A stretch of 63,677 nt of DNA, filler included, from Kipferlia bialata (Eukaryota): the NCBI GenBank assembly GCA_003568945.1. It is 6 parts of 6 records of this genome, joined end to end, with 100 filler letters (N's around TTAATTAATTAA, not from the genome) between each part and the next. Parts side by side here need not be neighbours in the genome. Positions count along the whole stretch, not along the records: positions 24,567 to 36,746 come from BDIP01001123.1; positions 36,847 to 49,023 come from BDIP01001124.1; 4 more parts are not named here. One strand, given 5' to 3'. The notes below the pieces were generated by a model, which saw only the letters and a list, made by a program, of their open reading frames with translations, was not told the origin of the DNA and did not search any database. Positions 27,601 to 41,500 of this stretch are shown piece after piece (the first letter of the stretch is position 1; each line of letters starts with the position of its first letter). The translations under genes were made by a program, and so were the position numbers.

Positions 27601-29337
27601 ACGCGTGAAGGCACAGGCTGGCAGTGCCTCGACTGCGTCTCTGATTTCATTCTGGACCACTCCGTATGGGGCAGCCAGAGAGGCCAGGGCCAGGGTGGCC
27701 AGCTGTGCCACGGGGGCAGTGCTAGTGTGGCTGGACTGGAGGGAGGTCAGGAGGGGGGACAGACACGCCCCGTACCTAGGCATGAGGGTACCCTGGGGGC
27801 CCTGTGGTAAGAAAGACAGGGTAGTGTAGTATATGGCATTGATACACTGTATTCAGGTATACATATATGCCCGTGCCTTCATTGTGTAGAACAGGGTGAA
27901 TGCCACTGTGTCTGCCCTGATTCCCAGGGTGTCAGCCGAGGGGTCAGTGCTGGATGACCCCTCTGCCTTCAGCATGGTGTCCAGGAAGAGAGACTCCTTC
28001 TTACGGGCACGCCTACAGTGAGATACAACGATATCCAAAGCATCACTTGATCAGAACACACCCCTACCTGAGCACGTATGCAAATGCCTCGCACTGCAGG
28101 GCATGCACCGAGTGTCTCTGCATGTTGGTGAGGGTGCCCCTCTCCTCCCCCTCCTCTCTCTCTCCCTTGAGGTTCCTGACAAACCGTGGGTATGCATCAA
28201 TCACCACAGTCATGAAGGAATTGACAAATGACACCAGCGTGGCATCGTCTCTAGTGATCTCAGGGGACAGGGCCTGGGGGGTGAGAACAGAGGTGGCAGA
28301 ATGTACACTAACACACACCTCTATCCACTGAAGACCCTATACCACTCAAACTATGAACTCTCACACACCCACTCACCTTGAACAGAAATGCCTCTGCTGT
28401 GATGATGTACTCTATGATGTCTGCTCCTATGGAGGTGCCTCCCTCACGCTCAATGCACTGGGGTGAGAGATAGAGGGGCTGAGACAGAGAGAGACAGTAC
28501 TTAATGATACTAAAGCATGACAGACGTCTACATTATGATCTGTATACACTGAGGAAAGGATAGATTAAGTACATACCCTAATGAATGAGCCCAGGATAAG
28601 GTCCAGCTGGGGCATCAAGAGCACTCCCAGGTCCTCTACCAAAGGGGGGAAGAGAGAAGCAGCAGCAGCTCTGCAGGTGAGTTGGGTAACTACATATGTG
28701 AAAATCTGGGAGTGTAACACCTGCCTAGAATGACACCGTACATACTATCAACACAAGATACACCCCACTACCTGGTCTCTGGATCCTCATCATTATTGAC
28801 ACAGTCCAGCAGGGCATTCAAGATGTGCTCCTGGTGCACCATGACCTGTGGGTCAGAGATATGAATAGGGCATATACCAGCACAATACACCAGTAAATAG
28901 AGCATTCCCCTCCCACATACACATCCCTCATATACCCCAGCATACATATACTCTGCATCTACGACAATAGAGTCAATAACGTGCAATTGAATGCCCCTAA
29001 GGCATAAGACATATCAGTACCATATCTCACTGATAAGTACTGTGGGCAACAATCAGTCATATAGTGACACTTATCATCCAATACATAACATATATATACA
29101 ATTATGCACTCACAAACCCCTCACCTGCGCCAGAAGCAGTGACCGACCAGCTGTCAGGCGTCTAAGCTTGCGGAATCCGGCCGTGAGGGTCTTGTTGCCC
29201 TGCTCTACCAATGCAGTGTTATAGAGGGAACCACGCTCGTCAGGAGGAAGCTCACTCTCTGCACGCCTCGCAAGGCCCATATCTATGCTAGCTACCCTCT
29301 CTAGGAACGAGATAAACTGGGTTAGAACTTGAGGCAT
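24654..29337 (-). CDS. UTP20: U3 snoRNA-associated protein 20 (SSU processome HEAT-repeat protein), 5' part, truncated at contig end
   Basis: Spliced N-terminus QFISFLERVASID..SLYNTALVEQGNKTLTAGF..LLLAQVMVHQEHILNAL..LVEDLGVLLMPQL..IIEYIITAEAFLFK..CEAFAYVLRR aligns motif by motif with the UTP20 N-terminus (FLTFAERL..YFFEGL..NLTEHF..QLVYHQNEI..LARDL..LLEWAFTSLSYLYK..AESFTFLMRK). Confidence 0.8.
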
Positions 29338-29595
29338 CTTTACTCTGCAGTGTATTCGCCTCTACATGCGCTAAAAACCCACCTTGAAGCCAGAGGATGC
29401 GTCATCCTTCCACCCGTCGAAGGAACGGGCTCCATGTTTGGCCTTACGACCTCTGCCCATCAAAGCACGGAAGAGCAGATGCGACTTGCGGCACCCTTCG
29501 GTCAGAGTCGAAGTTTTTAACCTTGCAAGTCACTGCTTTGTGCAGTTCTCTCTACCCATTTCACCAAGGCCAGTAACACCACATTATCCTGTGCG

Positions 29596-31644
29596 ATGTT
29601 CGGTGCTGTTGGTCGGTCAGAGAAGACCAACACTCCCGTGATTCACCTGTGTCTCGGGCTTAACAGTTTCAGAAACATTGCCATTTCCCAGGTAGAGTGC
29701 AAGCCACTTTCATTTTGCCACAGCACCACCTATGACACTATAGGTGCTCATGTTCGTCTTGATATAGCATTACATGCAATGTAGGGGCTGCAGTGTATTG
29801 TTGCAGTGAGTGGTGCCACCCTACTATATTTGGGTGGCGTCTCATACGGTATACTCTTGTGCATCGGTTCTCTGTGTTTGCGACAGATACGTATTTTCCA
29901 GATATCATGGCACTATATAGAGTGCATGTATTCCTTCCATTGAATGTGTGTACCTCCCACTCCCTCACCGCAGGCCGGGTACTACTATGTGTCTGCCCGA
30001 CTTGTGGCAGAGCATGGTGTCAGCACCATCACCCCCCTGGGTGTGGGTGCATCTCAACAGGGAGAGTACGCACAGGGCAGAGACCCAACCAGGTTCCATG
30101 TCAAGGGTGGGTATCTACTTCCATACAGAATGGTCATATTCTGTCAAGAATGCACCTTAGCCAATACAGATTGTAGGCACATACAAGTATCCACACTCAC
30201 CCCAGGGTTGCCTAGCCGAGTATCCCCCATTGCCAGTGCATATGAGTCCACTCCGTTTGTAGTGCGGTGGGTGGCGTTGTATACTTTCTATCTCATCATG
30301 CACTGTTACATACACTGTCACACTCATAGATGTACCTCCTGATGAACAGGTATGCCGCCCAGCTGGTACCTATCTGCGACATGTTCAATGTCAGGGTCAC
30401 AACAGACCCTCAGGACGCAAACCCATCCTGTCTGCTAGGTGGGATATGCTACACTGAATATGGCCTATCCATATTCCACTCTTCCTGCCCTTCTTATGTA
30501 TCTGACAGTCAGTGCTGGAGCTCCACTCGTACATCCCGCCCAGGGGTGACTTTTCGGAGGTACCTACCTATTGCAGAAAGTATATGAACCCCAGCATATT
30601 TCTTCCACACTGTCGATGATCTCAACACCGATTCTACAAGGTCTAGTGTTAATCTGTCATCCCTCTCTCTTTCTCTCTCTCTCTCTCTGTTCTTTGCAAC
30701 CCTCATCCCCCAGCCTCCCCCCGACCGCTCTGTCTTCAGCAGTGTGTGCTCCTCTGTGCATCGGCTGGAGCAGATGCTTGTACCCAATGCATCCAGCTTT
30801 GTCGAGACCTTCGATGACCTGCACATGACAGACCTCAGAATGACACTGCTCACTGCACCCATGCAGTTCAAGAAGGTACCAGTGTATATATACATACATA
30901 TATATATACATACATATATATATACATACATATATATATNATATATACATACATATATATATACATACATATATATATACATACATATATATATATATAC
31001 CCATGCAGTTCAAGAAGGTACTATAGTGCATGGATACATACATATATATATATATGCATACATATATATATACATTCATATACATATATACCCATGCAGT
31101 TCAAGAAGGTATGATAATGGCAGTGTGTGTATGTATGAGTATTGGGATACACCCTCCTCTACCCCCCAGGTTGGTGGGCGTGTGGCCAGGTCTGGTCCCT
31201 CAGGGGAGGACATCTCCAGACTGCTGACTCGGGTCAGGTCGTCTAGGGGACTGTTTGAGGACTTCCAGGCAGCGCAGGTATGTGATATGTCAATCACAGT
31301 ATAGTTGGTCCATATGTGTAAATGACGTGTCCTCTAACGACTGTCGCCTGACCGCAGAGCGGTTTAACGAAGCCCTCGCCCCTGGGTGCTGCCTCTCCAG
31401 GCGCCAGGGGCCCTGCCTCCCCCCCTCCCCCGGTGGCTGGGTCTGTGTTTGGACTGATGGCCCAGCCCATGGCACTGCAGGGCAGGACACACGACGATAA
31501 GGTGGGGGGGATGTATGCTTATATATATATACCATCACTGTCAGGGATACTGATACACAGGTCAAGAACCACGCCATGGAGAGGTCCCCAGAGCTGTTCT
31601 CCAGCCGGGTACTGACCCAGTGCAGTGCATCCCCAGTCCTCAGG

Positions 31645-31679
<35 letters not shown>

Positions 31680-34600
31680 ATATACCCCCCCCCCCTCACT
31701 CCAGGGTGACCTACATCTACCTGGCCACTGTGAATAGGTGGGCCAACAGGGCACTCAAGGCACATGGCAAGGCAGGCGCATACCAGATAGAGACACACAG
31801 GTACATAGTGGAGTGATAGGCAGTAATGGTCATACCCTGATACTCTCTCTCCCCCCCTACTGACACAGGCCCAGCATTGCCGAGGCCTCTGCCCTCCCCA
31901 CCCCCTCCCTGCCAGGTGTGATATCCCAGCAGTGGCAGGCACTGGTAAATGCAGCACAGACACACCCCAGGTAGGGGTGGATAGAACACTACACACACCT
32001 TAGTTCTCAGTGTAGATCCACAATATCGTACTCCTCCCCTCACCCTCCAGGGCCCTCTGTTCCATCCTGCTCCAGTCCAGACAGCACTCCATGGACGGAT
32101 ACACAGAGAGGTACACAGTGTGTGGAGATAGAGGTATATGTCCAGACTTCTGATGCCTCACCCCCCAGACTGCTGCACATCATGCCTGTGGCAGTGCCCA
32201 CCAAGGACTCTCCCACGCCGATGGTATGGGGGGAGATGACTGTATACTAGTGTAATTACTCTATTCTCTCTCTCACACACACACCCACACTCACGCCAGT
32301 CCCTGGATGTATTGTGTGACTGGTTCCAGAGTGTAGATGGAGGGGTCCAGTGGAGCGTGGACACTCGGTACGCATGGAGTGTGGTGGATACTGATATATA
32401 TATATATATGACTGTACTCTGTACTAGCACTATCTTGTGTACCCCCACCCCCACCTCAGTGAGGCCCTGAGCCAGACTGTCAGGGACACCAGGATGGACC
32501 TGGCCAGAGCATTCTCACACCCGCCAGGTATAGGATATATACATCGTCCTTGTGTTCATGTATACTTCCGTACCCACTCACCCCAGGTGCCGCTAGGGAT
32601 GTCAACCAGGATGTGTGGACCCAGCGTCAATTGGCCTCTGCGTGGCACAGTGTGTCTGCCATTAGGGCAGATGCACTGTACCCTGAGCCATTGACGTTCA
32701 GGTGGGTTTGAAGTGCCTCTTCATTCACCTCCCATGCCCTGGTATCTCACCCCAGGACTGCCGACCCCAACAAGAGTACCCTGGCCAGGGTGCTGCAGAT
32801 GACACCCACCGATGTGTACAACACAGTCAGACCATCGGCACTGGGGTGCACAATGCAGGACGGGGAGGTGGGGAGTGATATGTGTCATATTGTATTGAGA
32901 ATTAAGTATATGTGGCCCATGTGTCATAGTCTTCCCTCCACACCCACTCCCCCCCCCCCCTCACCCCCCAGGACATAGTCCCTGCCCCTCCCTCCCCTGG
33001 CAGGGCAGATGCCATGTGTGTGACTAGCATGTGCAGGCCCAGCTCCGTACCCCAGGCACCCACTCATACTGAGGGTGTCACGCCCATACCCACAGACGGG
33101 GGAGGAGCAGAGGCAGGGGTAGAGGCAGAGGCAGAGGCAGAGGCAGAGGCTGGTGAGCTGACTCTGGCCGAGCTTGGCTCTCTGGCTGTCACTGACCTGT
33201 CCTCTCTCTCTGGCCATGGCCTTCCCCCCAACCCCCCCAAGGCACCCTCCCAGGGCACAAGGATATCCAGTCCCCTGGCTAGGGTGGCCGCACAGCATAA
33301 CCAGGCACCCCCTCCATCCAATGCCCACAAGGCACCTAGTCAGGGAGGGGTGGGGAGGGTGGCAGCGGCCATGTCGGCTGCGAGGACTCTCACGGCATCC
33401 AGGTATGTGTCATCTCCTCGTATTCGTCCCTGAATGTGTAACAACCCCCCCCCCCCCCTTGACCCCAGGTCTGTTCTGTTCAGTGCTGCCCCCGAACCAC
33501 CAGTGCAGGGCACCAAGGTCAGTGGGATATGCACCCCACTCCAAAGCATCCATCCCCCATCTCCTCTCATCAACAGGTGTGGGTGTTTGTGCACGGCTTT
33601 CAGGGCCAGAGCGGTGACATGCTGTTGGTGCAGGTGAGACAGGGAGATAAGTGTCTGGGAGTTGTATGGGAGTTGTATGTCGTTGGGGTCTAGGGATCGC
33701 CTCTCACCCCAGGGTCTTCTGCATGCCAAGCACTGTGTCTCCCCCACTGTCCAGCAGCACCTGTACATAGTGTCCACAGCCAACGAGGGCAAGACAGGGG
33801 ACTCCGTCATCAAGCAGGTGCGGTGCATATAGTGTACATATGCCTACCTCTACCTCCGAAGAAGAAACATCTTTTATACACACTCTGTGATAAGTGAGTA
33901 CTATTGTAGTACTATCATACCCTCACCCCAGGGCGAGCGCCTCATCCACGAGATCAAGGCACGGGTGGCCAAGATCAAGGGGCCAGTGGCAGAGATCAAC
34001 TTCATAGGTTTCAGTCTCGGGAACCTAGGTGGGTGTGTGTGCCACTCCCTTGTCTTATTAGCGTATATATGAACCAGTGTCGTATATGTACTAGTATATC
34101 CCCCCCCCCCTCTCACCCAGTTGTGCGTTCCTGTTTGATGCATGCTGAGATGCGGCCGTACCTCCCCCTCTGCGGCACGTACCTGTCCTTCAACGGACCC
34201 CACCTGGGAGTATTGACATCTGGGTTCAAGGGGGGAGTCGTGTCACTCTTCACCAGATTCACACAGCAGAAGGTATCAGAGTGTGTGGTTGCATGATAAC
34301 TCTGCATGTGACTAACCCCCTAATGTCTGCTGCTTACCCCCCAGGCCCTCAAGGAGATCACGCTGAAGGGCAATGGGGACGTGTCCACCACCCTCCGCCT
34401 CCTGGCAGCCCAGAGCCACACCCTCAGTAACTTCAGACACATTGTGCTTGTCGGGAGTCAGGTGAGGGTTGACATGTATACACTCATGAATACATCATTG
34501 TACTGTGTGTGTCTCACCTCACAGGGCGATGGCATTGTGCCCATCCGCAGTGCCCTGTGCATACCCGAGACAGATGCCCAGAGGGGGGTGGCAGCCCAGT

Positions 34601-34922
34601 TCCTCAGCGGCATCAAGGACGTCAGGTTGGATGATGTATAGTGTATGTGGTTATCGTTTTCGTCAATAGTCCCTCACCCCAGGGTCACTGGTGTCCATCT
34701 GTACTACGAGAGAGAGGAACTGACCACCAATGAGAACAAGGTGCGGGAGGTGTCTTTGTAGTCAGTATATGTTCTCACTGAGACATACAATATATACACA
34801 CACACACACACACACACCCTCTGACCGCCCAGGTAGATGTTGCCATTGGCAAGGCCGAGCACGTGTTTGTGCTCAATGACATGTCCACTGTGGAGCTGTG
34901 TCTAGGGGTCATGCAGAGCTAG
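29596..34922 (+). CDS. FAM135: FAM135-like protein with C-terminal DUF676 alpha/beta-hydrolase (putative lipase), multi-exon
   Basis: N-terminus [24 protein letters not shown] and STPFVVRY..VPICDMF. C-terminus [83 protein letters not shown] at 34920-34922. Central exon boundaries not all verified. Confidence 0.85.
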
Positions 34923-35229
34923 ACACTGGCTGGATACATGTCCGCTGTTGAGTGTATGTTTCTACGTGTGTGTGGTGGTGTGTGTTTCTATGCAGTGGAT
35001 GTGTGGAGAGAGAATATATTCCATATGTATTTGTATGATCGTTTACGTGTGTTCCTCATCCACTCATAATGATATCTACAGAGACTATTCATCGCTGACA
35101 GAACATCTATTCTCGGCATATTGACCTCGTTACAGAGTCTGGGCGACTCACAGTCAATGTCACTAGAGTGACCGTGTAATAGTCAGTGGTCACAACCATG
35201 ACTATCTTCCTACCCGAGACAGATAGTCT

Positions 35230-36682
35230 CTACAGTGTAGTGAATGATGCACTCTTCCCCTTCTGTCTGGCAGCAGGCACCACCGCCACCCCCATGTCCC
35301 TGGAGGGGTGTCTGGGGTTGAACTCGGGGCAGTCTCTGCCGATGTGCCCCACCCTGTGGCAGTTGTGGCATATCCTATCCTCAGGTAACCCGTCCCCCCT
35401 CAGCTGCCTCTCCCTCCTAGGCTCAGGGCACCCCTTGGCAGTGTGACCGGGCATCCCACAGTTGTAGCAGGTCGGCTCCCCCTCGTAGCGAGGCTTCCTC
35501 TTCCTAACCCTCACCTCAGATGTGTCCCTGTTGGGGTGTACAGGGTTGTACTCGGGGCAGTCCCTCCCAATGTGGCCGGGCTCCCCACAGTTGTAGCACA
35601 CCCTAGACCCGGTGTTGGAGTGCTTGCCCACGTTGGGGAGGGGGCAGTCCCTACCAATGTGGCCAACCTCCTGGGGTCAGAGAGACAGAGAGAGAGGAGG
35701 AGAAAGATACTGATATCATGTGACACTAACTAAATAACATACCCCACAGTTGTAGCATATGCGGTCGTCAGTGTCAGAGCCACTGTCGGAGAGGGCCAGG
35801 CGCTCCTTCTTCTTAGCCTTACTCTTCCTGTCCTTTCTGGGCTCGGTGCACTCGCGGGCGTTGTGACCGGTCTTGCCACACCTGCACAGTGAGGGAGGGG
35901 GGGATATGGGGTAAACATAACATACACAGTAGGTGACAAGGGGCACAAGATATAGGACACAAACAAAAGAGAGTGTCAGTCACACCCACCTGAAACAGGC
36001 AGGCTCAGAGCTCACGCTCTGCTCTGCCCTCTGTACCTGGCCAATCACACGGTCTAGGGCAGAGAGGGAGGGGCCTGATCCCTGCACAGTGAGGCATAGA
36101 TGAGAGGCATAGATGAGACTGTGGTAGAGGGTGTGTGTCTCTAGGTCGTCGGTACCTTTCCCAAGGGGGTCCTGACCTCTGCACTATCGGTCTCGGTCTG
36201 CACCCTGTTCCTAGTAGAGGTGGGCCTGGGGTGGCTAGAGACAGCCTTGGCCTTGGTCTGTGTGCCAGGTCCATGGGACACAAGGACAGGGCTGAGGGAG
36301 GACCACTGGAGGTCAGAGAGGGACAGGGATGGAGACTATATGCACATCAGGGTATCTATAGTAGGGTCGAAATACCAAGAGAGAGACACACTAATATGTA
36401 TATACACTCACCTTGTCTACAACGGGTGGCTGGACACTCTTGGGCTTCTGCGCGGGCTGAACACTCTTAGGCTCAGCCTTCTTGGTAGGCTTCGGCCTAG
36501 GCTTGGCCTTAGTCGTGGGGGCCTCAGCTACCTTGGCTACCTTGGTAGGCACTGTCGGCACCACAGGCTGTGTCTGAACAGGGGTAGGGACATACTGGGT
36601 ATGTACTGCACCCTGGGGGCCATATGCATGATGACTCTGCACTGGTACAGGAACCATAGGGGGTGCAGCAGTGGCCACAAGC
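35230..36682 (-). CDS. CCHC zinc-knuckle nucleic-acid-binding protein (5 knuckles, CNBP/Gis2-like), 5' end missing
   Basis: CFR|CGKTGHNAREC, CYNCG|EVGHIGRDC, CYNCGEPGHIGRDC, CYNCGMPGHTAKGC, CHNCHRVGHIGRDC, after a Pro/Lys-rich region. Introns split two of the knuckles. Confidence 0.9.
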
Positions 36683-36746
36683 CTATCGAGTCAGATGCAT
36701 GTGGTATGTGGGGGGGGGGGGGGGGGGAAACACTTGGAAAAGGTCC

Positions 36747-36846
36747 NNNNNNNNNNNNNNNNNNNNNNNNNNNNNNNNNNNNNNNNNNNNTTAATTAATT
36801 AANNNNNNNNNNNNNNNNNNNNNNNNNNNNNNNNNNNNNNNNNNNN
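36747..36846. other. Artificial contig linker
   Basis: N44-TTAATTAATTAA-N44. Confidence 0.99.
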
Positions 36847-36918
36847 TCCCTCTGCAACTATCGACTTTTTTTCACCCCCCCCCCCCCCCCCCCCCCCACC
36901 ACCACACTTACATATATT

Positions 36919-36959
<41 letters not shown>

Positions 36960-36981
36960 ATGTATATATGTGTGTACTCAC

Positions 36982-38487
36982 TCTGCAGCCAGGTCGTGCT
37001 GAATGCGCACCAGGAACTTGTTGTCAAGACCTGGGAATTAAGGGTGTAGAGATGAAAAACGCTATGTTACAGGGAATAGAGGTACTATTTAGTAAATAGT
37101 ATTTACAGGGTGAAGATACACAACTAAAGGGTGCAGAGATGAACACTAGGAGCTCTTCATATATACATATATATATATATACTTCTGCCTATATATGTAA
37201 TAGTGACTATATATGACAATACCTGGGTGCTCCACATCGTGACTGGCAGCTGCAAAGTATATATATATAAATATATACATCTTGATAGACTTATATATAT
37301 AACTACTAACTATATACATATATATATGTGTGTATATATACCTGGGTGCTCCACGTCGTGACTGGCAGCTGCCAGGATGAGGGCCAGGAGCTCAAGGTCA
37401 CCAAACACATGCCTATGGTTGGCAATATTATATACATGCATAGAGTATATATATACACTATGGATATATACTATGGATGAGGGCCAAGAGCTCAAGGTCG
37501 CCAAAGGCATGCCTATGGCTAAGTGATTGTATAAAGAGATAACAGTGTTGAAATAGAGGACATGCGTTTCGCTGGTAGACCCTAAAGTATACATACTTGT
37601 TGCTATATAATACATATACATCTCACTGATACCTGTTCTTGGCTAGCATTGTCCTGGCCATGCAGACACACCTGGAGAATAAGGGTGCAGAGGGGGAGAG
37701 AATGAGAATGAGATAGAGATAGAGAGAGAGAGAGAGAGCACTCACATGTGGCAGACGTCTGTGGCGTGGGTCGAGTTGTGGTATATACATATACGATATA
37801 TGCACCTGTAAGTATATGTATAAATATGTACATATACATCTTACTCACATGTGGCAGACGTCTGTGGCGTGGGTCGAGTTGTGGTATGTGTTGCAGCTGC
37901 TGTAGGCGGCCTGGGGTGAGAGATACATAGCATATATATANNNNNNNNNNNNNNNNNNNNNNNNNNNNNNNNNNNNNNNNNNNNNNNNNNNNNNNNNNNN
38001 NNNNNNNNNNNNNNNNNNNNNNNNNNNNNNNNNNNNNNNNNNNNNNNNNNNNNNNNNNNNNNNNNNNNNNNNNNNNNNNNNNNNNNNNNNNNNNNNNNNN
38101 NNNNNNNNNNNNNNNNNNNNNTATATATACAGTATCATGTGTTGCAGCTGCTGTAGGCGGCCTGGGGTGGGAAAGAATAGAATATAGTAATACACTATAA
38201 ATATCCATACAATACAATGATTGATATAGATAGACATACCAGCATAGCGGTACACTAGGAACCACATCTGGGACTATTATGAAACACACACCTACATATA
38301 TGGAGGATACATATATATATATAGATATACAGTACCCTACCTGCATTGTGGACACCACATAGATATATAGATATATATATATATATATATACTTTATTAT
38401 ACTATAATTAATACACACACTATATATATGGAGGATACATATACAAATATATATACAGTGCCCTACCTGCATTGTGGACATTTACAG

Positions 38488-38519
<32 letters not shown>

Positions 38520-41500
38520 TATACATACCTGCATTGTGGACACCAGGTACCACATCTGGGACCTGCTGATGTGGAGCCTGTGGATTAAGGGTGCAGATAC
38601 ATGTATATCTATATATATATGTATATATATAGAGAGAGAGAGAACGAAGAGACCTGCTGATGTGGAGCCTGGGGGGTAAGGATAGAGAGGGAGAGATATT
38701 ATTAGTCAGTAACATAGTTATAGCTTTAATACATCGGTGATAACACTTACCGCTCATACAGCTTCATCTCGTGCATGGCACTGTCCACCAGGGTGGGCAG
38801 GGCAAGGAAGGAGGCAGCTCTGATATAAGATGGTATATGCAGTATATATACATATATATATTTGAAGAGAGAGAGAGAGAGAGAGAGGTAGACACCAGGG
38901 TGGGCAGGGCAAGGAAGGAGGCAGCCCTGGGGTGAGGTACACATACTATTTACTACTCAGGGTGTGAGAGAGAGAAAGATATATATATGTATAACGGTCA
39001 AGACGAGGAGGTGTCTCTACACAGACTAGGAATACTAGTGATATACAATAGTTCATATACTAACCTAGGATACCCCGCTATCTCCCCCGTGTTCTCCTTG
39101 GCATCAGAGTCTCTCTCTCTCTCTGCCAGTACTATATAGTATATAACAATTTATATATATAGTTTATATATACAATCAAGTACCTAGGATACCCCGCTAT
39201 CTCCCCCGTGTTCTCCTTGGCATCTGGTGGGAAGGTCTTGAATACATCAAAGTCGGCATTCCATACAAGCTGATATTAAGGGTGTAGAGGGAGAGAGAGA
39301 GAGTAGTTCTTGAAGACAACAAGTCAGCATTCCACACAAGCTGGGTATTAGGGGTGTAGAGGGAGAGAGAGCGAGAGAGAGAGAGTGAGAGAGAATAGTT
39401 CTTGAAGACATCAAACTCAGCATTCCAGACAAGGTGGTATTATGGTACTATAATATCGTACTATAACACTATAAGAATAAATATACAATGTATAGAGTAC
39501 ATATCCGTCGCTCAAAGGGTCTTTTTGGCATTCGGTACACAGTGACATATACTACATATATCCATACGTAGTATACACTATGACACTACATGCTATATAA
39601 TGATAACAATATATACAACATATACATCCATACCTCTACCCCTATGGGTCTCTTTGGCATTGGGTACACAGTGGTATATATATTATACATTGTATAGTAT
39701 GTTTGTATATATATTTACTATACACAAAATAGATAATGTGTACTATACCTCGATGGGTCTCTTTGGCATTGGGTACACAGTAGTATATAATGTATCTTCT
39801 TCTCATATATATATACATACATCAATAGAGGTATACATATATATATATATATATACCCATACCTCAATAGGTCTCTTTGGCATTTGGTACACAGTGACGG
39901 TGACATGTACTATATACATGTACAATATATATTGTACGGTATACATATAAACCTATTTATATATTGAATAGTCTCCATACCTCAATAGGTCTCTTTGGCA
40001 TTGGGTACACAGTGATGGGAGGGGAAGGGGGGAACACCTCATTGCTAGGGGTCAGAGAACATCTACTATCTACAAACTGACACTGCGGTATAATAGACTG
40101 TCATCTCTCACTCACTCACCCTATTGCCGCCGCCCTCTCCCTGGCCTCATCCTCTGTCTCCACGCATAACACATAACTCATACTAAATACTGCATATAAT
40201 ATAAGTATATATACTATTGATTAAGACTAATGCTACATACCCAATGGCAGCCGCCCTCTCTCTAGCCTCGTCCTCTGTCTCCACTCATAACACAAACCAC
40301 ATACTAAATACTGCATATAATATATGTATATATACTATTGATTAAGACTAATACTCCATACCCTATTGCAGCTGCTCTCTCCCGTGCCTCGTCTTCTGTC
40401 TCCACTCGGCTCAGGGTGCAGTGGGCCTCCTTACGGGGGCCCTAATAGTAAGTAATTGTCGTTATTACACTACCCTATGTATATAGATATACTGTGTGTG
40501 CTACTAGATTGAGGGTGCAGTGGGCCTCCTTGCGGGGGCCCTAAGAGTCAACTATAGGTGTTGTGCTTATACAATCAATTATATAATAGAATTATAATAT
40601 GTATGATATTATAGAATTACAATATGTATATTATTGAGCTCAGGGTGCAGTGGGCATCCTTACGGGGTCCCTAACGGTCAAACAGAGTAAGAAGATCCCA
40701 AAATGTAGGGTTATAGTGTAGCACAACTATATATATATGTACCTGCCATCCGGATAATGGGTTAGCATATTCACATACATGTACATATAATTCAAATGTA
40801 TGATATAATTAATGTCTAATGAATATTTATATATATGAATATATATATATAATAAATATATATGTATATGTGTACCTGTCATCCCGAGAATATGTCGTAC
40901 TAAGTATAGTTGTGGTTATCATATATATATATATGTACAAAAATGTAATTAGTATAATAATTAATATAATAGTAAATTCATATTTACATATATATACATA
41001 TAATTACCTGCCATCCCGAGAATATGTCGAGCATCAGGTCCTTGTCAATGCCTGAAATAAGGTCCAGCAGTCAACTAAAGGGTCTAGTGAATATAGTATG
41101 GTAGCCTGAAATAAGGGTGTAGTCGCCAACAAAAGGGTCTAGTAAATGCAAGAAGAGTGAAGAGTGAAGAGTGAAAGCATATACCTGAGCGTGCTATGGC
41201 CTTGTCTCTCTCCCTCTGCCTCTCTCTCTCCCTCTCGTGGCTGGGGGTAAGCAAACACCAATTTATCCATTTCATGGCATGTATACTAGGTCACTTATGA
41301 GGAATAGATATGCCAATCATATATAGATACCCCAATCAAGGCATATAGAGGTGTATACTCACCGCATTCTGGGCACGATGTCAGGTGCTGTGTTTGTGTC
41401 ATTGGCATCTCTCGAGTCACGCACACCCAGGAGAAGGTCACGGCCTGATGTAAGAACTATATGTATATATAGAATACAACATAAACCATAGTATAGGGGT

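Noticed and set aside
35230..36682. Retrotransposon gag (zinc knuckles)
   Set aside because: It has five knuckles interrupted by introns, with no protease, RT, integrase or LTR nearby.
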